DNA of 63,973 nucleotides, filler included, from an uncultured bacterium (GCA_964471275.1; 3 parts of 3 records of this genome joined end to end with filler, not necessarily neighbours in it); one strand, 5' to 3'. Shown: positions 43,221 through 52,901, counted from the first letter of the whole stretch. The notes: generated by a model not told the origin, from the letters alone. Program-made: numbers and translations.

Positions 43221-43819
43221 TTCTCCTCCACTGTCGTGTATAGCCGGCGTTCCTCGATGTAGTCACGAACTGCATCTGGCACCCAATAGCGGGTCGGTTT
43301 TCCCTCCAGGATTCGATCTCGAATAGCCGTCGACGATATTTCGATCAGAGGTGTATCCAGAAAGTGCATACGGTCCTGGAACCGTCCGTAAGCGGAGTCT
43401 CGTGCTACCCCAGGACGGCTCAGAACCACAATCTCTGCCAGCTCCACGACTCGCTCCGGTGCGTACCAGCGATCAAAGTCTATGGCATTGTCCGCACCGA
43501 TCAACAGCCATAGACAGGCCCCTGCCTCACGCTCTGCCCCAATATCTTCCAGTGTCTGGACCGTGTACGATTTTCCCACCCGGTCTACTTCGGCCCTAGA
43601 AACGGAAAACACGGGGTGACCTTGGATTGCGCGTTCGACCATCGCGATACGATCATCGCAGGATGCGCGGGGCCCGGACTTGTGAGGGGGGGCTCCCGAA
43701 GGAACCCAGACAAGGCTGTCGAGACGACACGCTGCGACGGCCTCCTGGGCCAGAATCAGGTGGCCGATATGGACCGGATCGAAGGAACCGCCCAAGATAC
43801 CGATCCGCCTAGACATCAA
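43217..43819 (-). CDS. nadD: Nicotinate-nucleotide adenylyltransferase
   Basis: GGSFDPVHIGH, PPHK, SYT, IGAD, ISSTAIR. Confidence 0.96.
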   Translation of the reverse strand: MMSRRIGILGGSFDPVHIGHLILAQEAVAACRLDSLVWVPSGAPPHKSGPRASCDDRIAMVERAIQGHPVFSVSRAEVDRVGKSYTVQTLEDIGAEREAGACLWLLIGADNAIDFDRWYAPERVVELAEIVVLSRPGVARDSAYGRFQDRMHFLDTPLIEISSTAIRDRILEGKPTRYWVPDAVRDYIEERRLYTTVEEK

Positions 43820-44625
43820 ACTCCGGGCTTCTCTGGCTCGCCCGCAAGCTGTCCAGTGACGCCATCCTCGGGCAAAGGACCTCGATCCGATAGAGTCTTC
43901 TTGACTTGTTCTCGCTCGGTCTCAACCTCGTTGCGTCGCACTTCCGACATATCCTGACTGGCGAGATCTTCGAGAATAGCTAGGGCTTCTTCTAAATCGC
44001 CCTTCAGGCGAAGAGCACGGGCCAGCACCAACCGAACCTCCTGCCCCATCCCCGTATCCGGGTACTTCTCTAACATGCGTCTACAGAAGATCTCACTCGA
44101 GGCTGGGTTTTCCCATTTCAGGTAGTTCCGCGCGATCATCAGATCCTTCTGGGCGAGCTTCTCCTCAAGATCGTTGATNNNNNNNNNNCTGTTCGGGAAA
44201 TCCTCCACAAATCGCGTGAATTCCTGGATCGCGCGAACGGTCTCTTCTTGATCGTGATGGATGCTTCGTGACTCGTTGAAATAGCACATACCGATCTGGA
44301 ATCGAGCCTTGTCCACAAACTTGCTGACAGGGTATTCATTGATCAGCCGCTCATACTCGAATATGGCGGTCTCGAAGTCTCCAGAACAAAAATATGCCTG
44401 CCCAAGGCCATACTGGGCGTCGTCGACCAGGTGTGAACCCGGAAAATCGGACAGCAGATTCCTGAAGAGCTGCTGAGCATTCCAGCACTTGTCTTCGACC
44501 AGGGCTTTCTGAGCGTCTCCCAGGTAGGCTTCTGCAGTCTTCCGACGCTGCGTCTCCTGGGCGCAGGCCGTTACCAGGAATGCTACGGCAATTAAGGCGT
44601 ATCCAGTTACTCTCGGGATGATCAA
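43816..44625 (-). CDS. bamD: Outer membrane protein assembly factor BamD (lipoprotein; N gap inside)
   Basis: Lipobox VTAC, TPR repeats, DQEET..A..F..F..DFPN, KLAQKD..IA..Y. Confidence 0.88.
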   Translation of the reverse strand: MIIPRVTGYALIAVAFLVTACAQETQRRKTAEAYLGDAQKALVEDKCWNAQQLFRNLLSDFPGSHLVDDAQYGLGQAYFCSGDFETAIFEYERLINEYPVSKFVDKARFQIGMCYFNESRSIHHDQEETVRAIQEFTRFVEDFPNXXXXINDLEEKLAQKDLMIARNYLKWENPASSEIFCRRMLEKYPDTGMGQEVRLVLARALRLKGDLEEALAILEDLASQDMSEVRRNEVETEREQVKKTLSDRGPLPEDGVTGQLAGEPEKPGV

Positions 44626-45431
44626 GGTCTACTCGCTTTGGCTGCTCTTATGCGACGGATCTGCTCTTCTGCGCGGGAAAGGTACTCAGATTGAGGGTAG
44701 TCGACGGTCAGACGCTTGAACTCGATCAAGGCGCTCTCTGAGTCGCCGAGCTTCAGGTAACAATAGCCCAGCTTGATCTGGGCATCATCATCCTTTTCTG
44801 TTTCTGTAAACTGGAAAACGCGCTTGAAGGCGTCCAGCCCTCCCGAGTAGTCCTCCACCGCGTAGGCGCACTCTCCTACCCAGTACTGCGCGTTATCTGC
44901 CAGTTCCCCTTGAGGCGCTTGCGTCAGGATCTGATTGAACATCAGCCTGGCGTCGGTATACTCTTGAGCGTCGAACGCCTGAAGCGCTCGATCGTAGAGC
45001 GCATTCAAATCGACCTTCTGCGGTAGTTCGTAAATCGTGGGTGACGGTAGCGACGACTGAGACCGACTCGCAAGCAGCTGCCGGCGAAGCTCCTGGAGCT
45101 GCTCAGAGACCGTCGCTAGTCTCGCCGCCAGTTCGCTGTCAGAGGCGTCCAAGACATCCATGCGCTCTAGCAGCCGAAGCTCTAGATCGGACAATCGCTC
45201 TGCCAGACCCATGACCTGGGCCGTCAGCATCTGGTCACCGGAGATCGTCTCGACCGGGACCCCACCTGGTGTTTCCACATCTTCCGGTGGCGGCCCGAAC
45301 TCCTCGTATCGGGTGGTCGCACAACCGGCCGCAAGCGTCAGCAGGAGGCACGGCAGAATCCAGGTTTGGGTACTCACAGGCCTGCTCCCTTGAACGATGG
45401 TCCGGAAAGTTTGTTCCTCGGCGCCGGACAT
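44622..45431 (-). CDS. cpoB: Tol-Pal TPR lipoprotein CpoB/YbgF-like
   Basis: Lipobox AAGC, coiled coil, LADNAQYWVGE, DAQIKLG, YPQS; start uncertain. Confidence 0.82.
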   Translation of the reverse strand: MSGAEEQTFRTIVQGSRPVSTQTWILPCLLLTLAAGCATTRYEEFGPPPEDVETPGGVPVETISGDQMLTAQVMGLAERLSDLELRLLERMDVLDASDSELAARLATVSEQLQELRRQLLASRSQSSLPSPTIYELPQKVDLNALYDRALQAFDAQEYTDARLMFNQILTQAPQGELADNAQYWVGECAYAVEDYSGGLDAFKRVFQFTETEKDDDAQIKLGYCYLKLGDSESALIEFKRLTVDYPQSEYLSRAEEQIRRIRAAKASRP

Positions 45432-45572
45432 CTGAGAGAAATCGGCGTAACTGTTGGATTTTCTGACGCCTTACGTCTGACGCGTCAGAAAGTAAGCATT
45501 GGTCTGAAACGAGTCAAGAAAGAGGCCGTCGCACGTCTTGACGGGAGGTTGGTGGCCGCTTAAGTTCGCGAT

Positions 45573-46328
45573 ATGGATGAGCTAAAACATAGAGTACGAC
45601 AGGGCTATTCTCGCGGCTGGGTCGTCTCCAAATACAGCACGGTTGGCCTATGGCCCTCGGAGCGGGAAATCTGTCTCCAGTTCTGGTCTGCCGGACAGGA
45701 AATCCTAGACCTTGGCTGTGGTGCCGGTCGAACGACATTGCCGCTTATCCAGGAAGGTTACCGCGTGGTCGGTATCGACCTCGCCAAGCCGATGGTCGAT
45801 CAGGCGCGGCGCTTCACGGCAGGCGCCGTCGTCCCGTGCCCTCTGGGCGTGGGCGATGCGACAGACCTACCGTTTCAGGCAAACTCCTTCGACGGCATCC
45901 TGTTCTCCTACAATGGAATAGAGCTTATACCCAAAGAGAAAGGGAAGGTTCGGGCACTCGAGGAAGTCTATCGAATCCTCAGGCCTGGAGGTCACTTCAT
46001 CTTCACGACGCACGCTTTCGAAGCACTGAACAAATACATCTACTCACGACTCCAGCGTCTCGCCCTCCAGTTCGTGAACCGTGCCCTTCGAAGGTCAGAT
46101 TTGGACGCTGAATTCGGCGAGATCATCACAGATCTCGATCGCAACGTCGAGGTCTATTACATGCAGATCAACTCGCCCAGAAAGTATCGCAGACTGCTTG
46201 GGAGTGTGGGATTCGACCTGGCATACTACAGTAGCCGGTCACGAATTGACGCAGGCAGACCTCCCTCACGCTGGGCGGACTTCGACAGTGACTTCAAATT
46301 CTATGTCGCCCGGAAGGCAATGCCGTGA
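45573..46328 (+). CDS. Class I SAM-dependent methyltransferase
   Basis: ILDLGCGAGRT, GDATDLPF, RILRPGG. Confidence 0.92.
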   Translation: MDELKHRVRQGYSRGWVVSKYSTVGLWPSEREICLQFWSAGQEILDLGCGAGRTTLPLIQEGYRVVGIDLAKPMVDQARRFTAGAVVPCPLGVGDATDLPFQANSFDGILFSYNGIELIPKEKGKVRALEEVYRILRPGGHFIFTTHAFEALNKYIYSRLQRLALQFVNRALRRSDLDAEFGEIITDLDRNVEVYYMQINSPRKYRRLLGSVGFDLAYYSSRSRIDAGRPPSRWADFDSDFKFYVARKAMP

Positions 46329-47260
46329 TGGATGGGATACTCGTTGTCGGTTCTACGAATGTCGATCTGATCGCCACAACAGCCAGCCTACCCAGCCCGG
46401 GTGAAACTGTGCTAGGAGAGCATTTCCTGCAGGCGAGAGGAGGCAAGGGTGCCAACCAGGCGGTGGCTGCCTCCAGATCGGGCGGCAGTGTCACGGTGTT
46501 GACCGCCATTGGGGATGACCTCTACGGTAGGGAGTGTTTAGACGGATTCGCTGCGGAAGAGATAGAAACGGATTGGATCCAGTGCATACCAGGCGTGTCG
46601 ACAGGGGTCGCCCTCATCACGGTGGATTCGCGTGGCGAGAACTGTATTGTCGTAACTCCTGGCGCCAATGCTGCCTTGACCGAAAAAGTGATTCAGGCGG
46701 GATTCAGCAGGTTTTCGGGTATAGGTGTGTGCGTGTGTCAGCTCGAGACGCCGCTCGATGGTATCTGGAGTGCGCTTTCTCTGGCGAGGAAGGCTGGCGC
46801 GTTCACGATCCTCAACCCGGCGCCCGCCCAACCTCTCGACGATGATTTTCTCACCAACGTGGACTGCCTCACACCCAACCAAACGGAAGCCGAGCTCTTG
46901 ACGGGAATCCGACCGGAATCGACAAAAACCGCCCAGATCGCCGCTGAGCGGCTTCTGGACAGGGGCGTCCGTGCGGTCATCATCACAATGGGTGCCCGCG
47001 GAGCTGTATTGGTAGACGAAGAAGGGATGATTCACCAGCCTTCCCCCGCAGTCCAGACAGTGGACTCGACGGCCGCCGGTGATACGTTTACCGGGTGTCT
47101 GGCAGCTCGGATTGCTCTTGGACAGGCACTCAGGCAGGCACTGCCCTATGCCTGTTGCGCCGGGGCTTTGGCCGTGACGGTGCGTGGGGCACAGCCAGCC
47201 ATCCCAACCCGACAACAGATTGAGCGCCTTGCCTCCGATTTTTTACCAAAGGCTAATTGA
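46325..47260 (+). CDS. rbsK: Ribokinase
   Basis: GSTNVD, GGKGANQA, QLE, NPAPA, PNQTEA, DSTAAGD. Confidence 0.95.
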   Translation: MMDGILVVGSTNVDLIATTASLPSPGETVLGEHFLQARGGKGANQAVAASRSGGSVTVLTAIGDDLYGRECLDGFAAEEIETDWIQCIPGVSTGVALITVDSRGENCIVVTPGANAALTEKVIQAGFSRFSGIGVCVCQLETPLDGIWSALSLARKAGAFTILNPAPAQPLDDDFLTNVDCLTPNQTEAELLTGIRPESTKTAQIAAERLLDRGVRAVIITMGARGAVLVDEEGMIHQPSPAVQTVDSTAAGDTFTGCLAARIALGQALRQALPYACCAGALAVTVRGAQPAIPTRQQIERLASDFLPKAN

Positions 47261-47285
47261 CCGCACAGAGGGCTTGTCGTATATT
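47257..47285 (+). promoter_or_regulatory. Sigma70 promoter
   Basis: TTGACC-N17-TATATT. Confidence 0.6.
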
Positions 47286-47386
47286 AAAGTCCCCTGTAGG
47301 ATGCCACAGTTAAGTCTATATTTAATAAAAGAATACCCCTAGCTCTCCCTCTCATCTCCCCGGAAGCCACGAAAGGTTCCGACCCG

Positions 47387-47563
47387 ATGGATAATTCTGA
47401 TGAGTTCGAAGATCTCGTTCAGGAATTGGAGAACTTCGAGACCGAGGCCAAAAGTCTCCACGAGAGGATCGCTCGGTTGATGAACGATGCCCGAGAGATC
47501 TCGGTACTGGCCGACGGTATGGAAGGTGAAGCAGAGGTTGTCGTTGAAGGCAACGACGACTGA
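47387..47563 (+). CDS. Small acidic coiled-coil protein (58 aa; not in the ORF track)
   Basis: MDNSDEFEDLVQELENFETEAKSLHERIARLMNDAREISVLADG...; GAAAGG RBS, own promoter and terminator. Confidence 0.7.
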   Translation: MDNSDEFEDLVQELENFETEAKSLHERIARLMNDAREISVLADGMEGEAEVVVEGNDD

Positions 47564-47585
47564 AGATTATGAATATCATTGGTGA

Positions 47586-47627
47586 GAAAGCAGGCGTTGC
47601 ACGAATAGCGCGCCTGCTTTTTCTTTG
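47586..47627 (+). terminator. Intrinsic terminator
   Basis: GCAGGCG...CGCCTGC-TTTTTCTTT. Confidence 0.7.
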
Positions 47628-47632
47628 CTATC

Positions 47633-47830
47633 GTGACAACTACACTCCTGATTGCCATCGCACTCCTCATCGCTGTCGGTGTCCGCTATCTGGCCCCCAA
47701 ACCCGAGCGCTGTCCCGACTGTAACACGGCAAGGGAAGATGATGCGCCAATCTGCTCGTGCGGATGGATATTCGAGATACCGGATGACAACGACCCACTC
47801 GAATATGGAGAACTCGAAGATGAGACCTAG
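47633..47830 (+). CDS. Small membrane-anchored zinc-ribbon protein
   Basis: N-terminal TM helix, CPDC-x10-CSCG, acidic tail. Confidence 0.65.
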   Translation: MTTTLLIAIALLIAVGVRYLAPKPERCPDCNTAREDDAPICSCGWIFEIPDDNDPLEYGELEDET

Positions 47831-48416
47831 GACAGGCTATACAGCCCTGATCCTTGCGCTACTGCTGGCCTCGGGCGTCGCAGCCGAGATCAACACGGCA
47901 ACCGGTCGTTTCTACTTTAGGGACAACAACCCGTTCCCGGATGACACGCTAGGCCGAATTGCCCTGTTTCTCATCCAGCAGAACCGGCTGGAAGGGAATG
48001 CCTATGTCTCCCAGGCCGTAGGAGAAGGCATCGTCGAATATCAGATCCGGTTTTTCGACAACGGAAACAAGGGGCTCGTCGACGAGGCGGATCACGTAAG
48101 CGTGCGCCGTTATACGATCCCCGCCGATGAACCAGAGCCCACGGGAGAAGAGACAACGGCCCCAGTGCCGGCACCAGATCCTGCGACTGATGGAGAGGAA
48201 GCGCCTTCCCCGCCAGCAAAACCGAAGACGCTCGAGACACGATACATCGATTATGTCGACCACGGTCTCAACGGTCTGGATGAACACGACTACTACTTTC
48301 TAAACGGCCGCCGGTTCGACCTGGCTGGACGGGAGCGCTCGACAATCCTGGAGTATCGAAGTCAGGTTGCGACGGCGATCAACGTGTTCATCGAGAACAT
48401 CGATTACGATTCGATC
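47820..48416 (+). CDS. Secreted hypothetical protein (cut by contig end)
   Basis: Signal peptide MRPRTGYTALILALLLASGVAA, GGAG RBS, Pro/Glu-rich linker. Confidence 0.7.
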
Positions 48417-48515
48417 NNNNNNNNNNNNNNNNNNNNNNNNNNNNNNNNNNNNNNNNNNNNTTAATTAATTAANNNNNNNNNNNNNNNNNNNNNNNNNNNN
48501 NNNNNNNNNNNNNNN
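48417..48515. other. Artificial contig linker (N run plus TTAATTAATTAA)
   Basis: All-frame stop linker embedded in Ns. Confidence 0.97.
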
Positions 48516-48517
48516 NC

Positions 48518-48646
48518 AAAAAGTTCCTGGAGGAACTGGGCATCAGTGCGGACGAGTTCACGGCGATAGTAGAGTCCAGCAAGACGGACGAAGAACTCAT
48601 CCAGAAAATAAAGCCGATCTGGGCGGAATCTCACCCGGACAGTTGA
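48518..48646 (+). CDS. C-terminal end of a DUF5069-like protein (partial)
   Basis: KKFLEELGISADEFTAIVESSKTDEELIQKI; followed by a terminator. Confidence 0.5.
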   Translation, partial: KKFLEELGISADEFTAIVESSKTDEELIQKIKPIWAESHPDS

Positions 48647-48654
48647 ATATCGAT

Positions 48655-48689
48655 CAGGTCGCACCCAAAGGGGTGCGACCTGTTTCTTT
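48655..48689 (+). terminator. Intrinsic terminator
   Basis: CAGGTCGCACCC-AAAG-GGGTGCGACCTG-TTTCTTT. Confidence 0.8.
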
Positions 48690-48694
48690 GCAGA

Positions 48695-49525
48695 TCACGC
48701 GATCGCGGCCAGGAATGCTTCCTCTCGCTGAATCCGCATCTTCTTCGCGATAAACCGTGCCGCCGATCCAACGGCCGTCGAGTGACGCCAGAACTCCTTC
48801 TTGTTGAGTCCCGCGCTCTCCTTCTGATCCTTCGTCGCCTCGAAAATAGAAATACTCAACACTGCGTTCTTTACGGTCTCGTTCCCCTGAATGGAAACTG
48901 CATCCCTGATCGATTTGATCTCACGGCTGAACCCGAAGAAGGCGAAATTCGACAGCTTGAGCAGCTTCATCGTAATCGACGGGTCGGTCTCGATCACCTC
49001 AGCGAGTTGATCCGCGCCTACGCTCGGGTCCGCACACTTCTCTTCAACCTGAGCGTAGACCGTAGGAAGTGTCGGCAAGCCCTCGATATCTTCCACTTCC
49101 ACGTTGAGGGCTGCGTTCCCACCATCCCCCGGAAGAGGCGGCACGAAATCCAGAATCTTCCAGATTCTTGCCAGAACAGAGTCGGGCCTGAATGGCTTAC
49201 CGATAAACCCGTTGAACCCCTTTCCCGTGCACCTCTCGGCTTGCTCGAGGTCCCCGGTCAGCGCTGCGATGGCGACGTGATTCAGCTTGGGCATCCAACG
49301 GATCAATTCCACCGCGGGTAGGAAATTACCTCGAACGTGAGGATCCACCAGAATGAGATCAGGACCTCGGAGCAATCCGCGGATCACGCCGGACGCTGAC
49401 ATGGCACCGACCACCTCGAAGCCACCGACGCTGGAAAGCAGTGAAGTTAAGAACCGCTGATCCTGCTCCTCCTTCTGCGCCAACACGATCGTTGCTTTGT
49501 CGACTTCCTCTTCTTCGCCCACCAT
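48695..49525 (-). pseudogene. Receiver plus HDOD domain protein, C-terminally truncated
   Basis: PDLILVD..KP receiver; LPTLP, DPSI..KLL, FWRHS, EAFLA, then a stop before the expected HD(I)GK. Confidence 0.7.
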
Positions 49526-49640
49526 CGGCTCCTGGGAGACTGCCCCTACATTGCGTATTTAGAGGTTTTTACTATATTTACGCGCACTTTCAATATCTCA
49601 AAGCCAACACAGAAGATATACCGGGCGTGGTGGGCCAGCA

Positions 49641-50216
49641 ATGCAAAAAACCCAGGATTTGCTCCTGATCCTAACGAACGAAGAACGTGATAAGGCAGAG
49701 GACTACATCCAGAGAAAGCTGAAGCTTCTGGACACCGAATCGCTGGTCGATCTCGAATCGGTGGGAGGCGCGGCACGCACGGTTCTGGAGCAACTACAAC
49801 AGGACTGTGCGCGACTGGACTCGGGGAACTCAGATGCTGCCCTCGGCAAGATCTACGTCGAGATAGAACCTGAGGACAAAGAACACGCGTGGAGCGTGAT
49901 GAAATCGGCCATTGCGGAAATGGAAACACCACAGATTCGCGAGCTCAGAGATTCGACTGAGGTATTGCTCGGCTGGTGGCAGACCGACCGCGGCATGCAC
50001 GAAAGCCTATACATCAGCCAGTGGGGCGACATCAACACGGCGAATGGCCGAATCGCGATCCGAAAGATTAGAGAGGGGCACCAGCAGGACGAGATCGGCC
50101 CGTTCCGGGCATTCTTCCAAACCGTGAACCTCATCTATCAGAAGAGAAACCAGGAAGCTCAGCGCGTTCAGCGCAAGCAACGACTCCGGGAGGAGGCAGG
50201 ACTCGGCGAGCAATGA
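49641..50216 (+). CDS. Hypothetical protein
   Basis: 191-aa helical ORF, ATGA-coupled to thiT. Confidence 0.7.
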   Translation: MQKTQDLLLILTNEERDKAEDYIQRKLKLLDTESLVDLESVGGAARTVLEQLQQDCARLDSGNSDAALGKIYVEIEPEDKEHAWSVMKSAIAEMETPQIRELRDSTEVLLGWWQTDRGMHESLYISQWGDINTANGRIAIRKIREGHQQDEIGPFRAFFQTVNLIYQKRNQEAQRVQRKQRLREEAGLGEQ

Positions 50217-50764
50217 GCGCGGAAGGTCGTCCCGGTCGTCTGCGCGAGCTGACAGCCGTCGGTACCGCCGCAGCCCTGGCAATCGTGCTCGGGCTGGTGT
50301 GCAAATCTCTGCCGATCCCTCGGCTCCCCTATGGCGGGTCCATCACGCTCGAATCCATTCCGATTCTCTTCCTGGCGATCTGGCAGGGCAGTCGGTCAGG
50401 TGTCCAGGCTGGCGTATTGTGCGGCCTCCTCCAGCTTCTCCTCGACGCCCATATCTACCATCCCTTACAGGTACTTCTCGACTACCCGATCGCATTTGGC
50501 GTGCTGGGATTCGCAGGTACGATCGGCTACGCGATACCAGGCATCCTCTTCGCCTGCTCACTCCGGTTTCTCTCCCACTTCACATCAGGTATCGTCTTCT
50601 TCTCTGCCTATGCGCCTGAAGGCACGAGCGTTTGGGCATACTCTGCCGCATACAACGCCTCCTACATGATCTCGGACACCATCCTTGCGTGCCTCCTTGT
50701 CCCGCTACTCGTGCGCAGAATTCAGAAAACAGAACCGGCCACTCCCTGGGGAGCAGCCGGTTGA
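50213..50764 (+). CDS. thiT: ECF-type thiamine transporter S component
   Basis: PYGGSITL..IP, HPLQVLLDY, RFLSH..SGIVFF..YAP, YS..YN. Confidence 0.92.
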   Translation: MSAEGRPGRLRELTAVGTAAALAIVLGLVCKSLPIPRLPYGGSITLESIPILFLAIWQGSRSGVQAGVLCGLLQLLLDAHIYHPLQVLLDYPIAFGVLGFAGTIGYAIPGILFACSLRFLSHFTSGIVFFSAYAPEGTSVWAYSAAYNASYMISDTILACLLVPLLVRRIQKTEPATPWGAAG

Positions 50765-50789
50765 CCGGGCTCGGCTCTTGATCGCCCTC

Positions 50790-51938
50790 TCAGGTGACGG
50801 CACACCTGTTGGTCCAATCCAGCGCAGCAACCATCTCAGCTTCCTGGATCTCCTCCAGAAGAATCTCCTCCATAGGGTCAGGATCTTCCCGCTCCCTGAA
50901 GTCTGCGCACATGTCGATATAGAAACCTGCATCCCAGATGCCGGCAGCATCGAGATGCCGCTTCAGCCCAAAGGCCGTGTCCCGGGCGTGTCCATACTCA
51001 GGCATCATTAACACCCGCTGAAGGAGATCCTGAACCCGATCTCGAATCTGCAGCAACCCCTCCCACCGCTCGGCACGGCCGAACCACCCGCGTGCATTTC
51101 GAAAATCGGGCTCACGCCGATGGATGACGCCGTGCCAGAAGTTTGCGGGAACACACTCCCGGTCGAAGCCCTGACAGATCGTGTGGCTCTGCTCGCAGTC
51201 ATCGTTGAACACGTGGAGACCGGCCAGCAGCAGGGCCCTGTTCTCCGGTGAAGTCACATCACCGACAATAAGCGATTCCGGTGCAGTGGCATCCAGATGC
51301 GTCTTCAGGAAGGTCTCACGAACACCGATCGGAAACAAGGCTCTGCGCAGGTTTGCAGAAGGATCGGCTTCGACGTTCCACACGGCAAGATCATCCTCTA
51401 TCAGCTCGATGGTTACCCCGCGTTCTGCCAGCCGGATATCGTGCTCCCAAATCTGCTGCTCTATGTGCCTGTAGGCGCCCAGCTTGTGCATCACATCCGA
51501 CCGAATCAACAGAGCCCCCGGCTTCCAAGGGGCGGACAGAAGTGTCGCGACGCGAAGACCCAGAGTCGATATCAGTTCGAAATCGGTTTGCTTCAGCTTT
51601 CCACTTGCATCTCGCACAGAAATCCGGTGTGCCGACCCGGCACCGGCCTCTTCGCCCCCCTCCCGCAGCCGTAGAACCTGACGCTCAACCTTGGAGGGAT
51701 CCCAGGTGACGCCTGGCTCGGTGTAGATCAGGAATTCACCCTTTGCCTGATCTCGAGCGGCATTCAGTGCGGCGGTTCTCCCCCCGGGTGTTTGGGGCAC
51801 GAACTGCACCTGCAGCGTTTCAATCAGTGACGCCGGATAGCTCTGTGACGCGATGCTCTGAATCGTCTCACGTGTCGGCAGATCCTCCACCTGATCGGAT
51901 GGTACGGCCAAAAGTACAGATACTTTATCCTGATCCAT
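50790..51938 (-). CDS. Degenerate GT2-like domain fused to a conserved HRREPD helical domain
   Basis: SIASQSYP, ALNAA...KGEF, KVERQV; C-terminal GLH.FND..SH..CQ..WHGVIHRREPDFRNA..WF. Confidence 0.7.
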   Translation of the reverse strand: MDQDKVSVLLAVPSDQVEDLPTRETIQSIASQSYPASLIETLQVQFVPQTPGGRTAALNAARDQAKGEFLIYTEPGVTWDPSKVERQVLRLREGGEEAGAGSAHRISVRDASGKLKQTDFELISTLGLRVATLLSAPWKPGALLIRSDVMHKLGAYRHIEQQIWEHDIRLAERGVTIELIEDDLAVWNVEADPSANLRRALFPIGVRETFLKTHLDATAPESLIVGDVTSPENRALLLAGLHVFNDDCEQSHTICQGFDRECVPANFWHGVIHRREPDFRNARGWFGRAERWEGLLQIRDRVQDLLQRVLMMPEYGHARDTAFGLKRHLDAAGIWDAGFYIDMCADFREREDPDPMEEILLEEIQEAEMVAALDWTNRCAVT

Positions 51939-51947
51939 CTGACTCGC

Positions 51948-52898
51948 TCAACTCTCTGTATTCGGTATGGAACGGCCCAGCCGGCGCTCGCGGGTCATTC
52001 GTTTAACCTCGGATGGCCCGAGTGAAATGAGCGAAATGAACTCCAGCTGCGCGGCCCTCAGCAAGAGGGGCTCTTCCTGCCCTGCCAATTGGAAGGCCTC
52101 CTCCACGTCGTAATTCACACCTCGGAATCGGTACAGATGTCCGAGACTGCTCATGTGTCCTGAGCGTCTGAGGCTATTTGTAACGCCCATCTTGAAGTAA
52201 TAGCGACGACGATCGGTACTGTCACCCCAGGCAAGCATCTCAAGATCCGCAGGCAAAGCAGCCATCCGCTCTCGCATCTCTTCCTGCAGCCCTTCCACTG
52301 CCTCATCCAAACGAGCAAGCACCCCTCCCATCACGCCGCGTATCGAATCATCAGTTTCTGTTTGCACTCTGTCCTGCAGGACCAGGGCCGCCCGATTGTA
52401 GAAATCCAGGAGCGCCCGTCTTCTGTCATCGAACAGCGCGGTCTCGACCTCGTCCGCGCGTTCACAAAGGCTCTCAAAAGCAAGCGCATCATCAGATACA
52501 CCGGCGTAGTCATCGTCTATTCTGGCAAGTTCGATGCCCACCAGCAATGCCCGCTCGAGCGACGCACGTGCATACTCATCCTTCAGCGAGTAGACGGTGA
52601 GCTTTCGTTCATCGAGCTCAGATGTGTGATGGGACGTGACCGAATAACCGAGTCCCCGAACGATACTCTCAGCCTCAAAGGCATCCATCCCCACACCCAC
52701 AAGCACATCCAGGAGCACTGGACCGACAGCGTCCGTTCGCCCCACCGGGAAGACCGATGGCTGCAGATGCTCAAGAGCTTCTTCAGCCACACTTACTGTA
52801 ACTTCCGTCACGGAACTGGACTCTCCGTAACGGGACGATCCAGTCAGCCACCAGATCACGGCGATGATGGCGCAAAGCGTGAGGGCGACGACCAGCAC
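51948..52898 (-). CDS. Hypothetical membrane-anchored protein
   Basis: N-terminal TM helix; tight spacing within the operon. Confidence 0.7.
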   Translation of the reverse strand: MLVVALTLCAIIAVIWWLTGSSRYGESSSVTEVTVSVAEEALEHLQPSVFPVGRTDAVGPVLLDVLVGVGMDAFEAESIVRGLGYSVTSHHTSELDERKLTVYSLKDEYARASLERALLVGIELARIDDDYAGVSDDALAFESLCERADEVETALFDDRRRALLDFYNRAALVLQDRVQTETDDSIRGVMGGVLARLDEAVEGLQEEMRERMAALPADLEMLAWGDSTDRRRYYFKMGVTNSLRRSGHMSSLGHLYRFRGVNYDVEEAFQLAGQEEPLLLRAAQLEFISLISLGPSEVKRMTRERRLGRSIPNTES

Positions 52899-52901
52899 CG
52901 T

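Noticed and set aside
49530..49640. TPP riboswitch for thiT
   Set aside because: No GCTGAGA or CCTGAT..G.TAAT.CC.GCG motifs.
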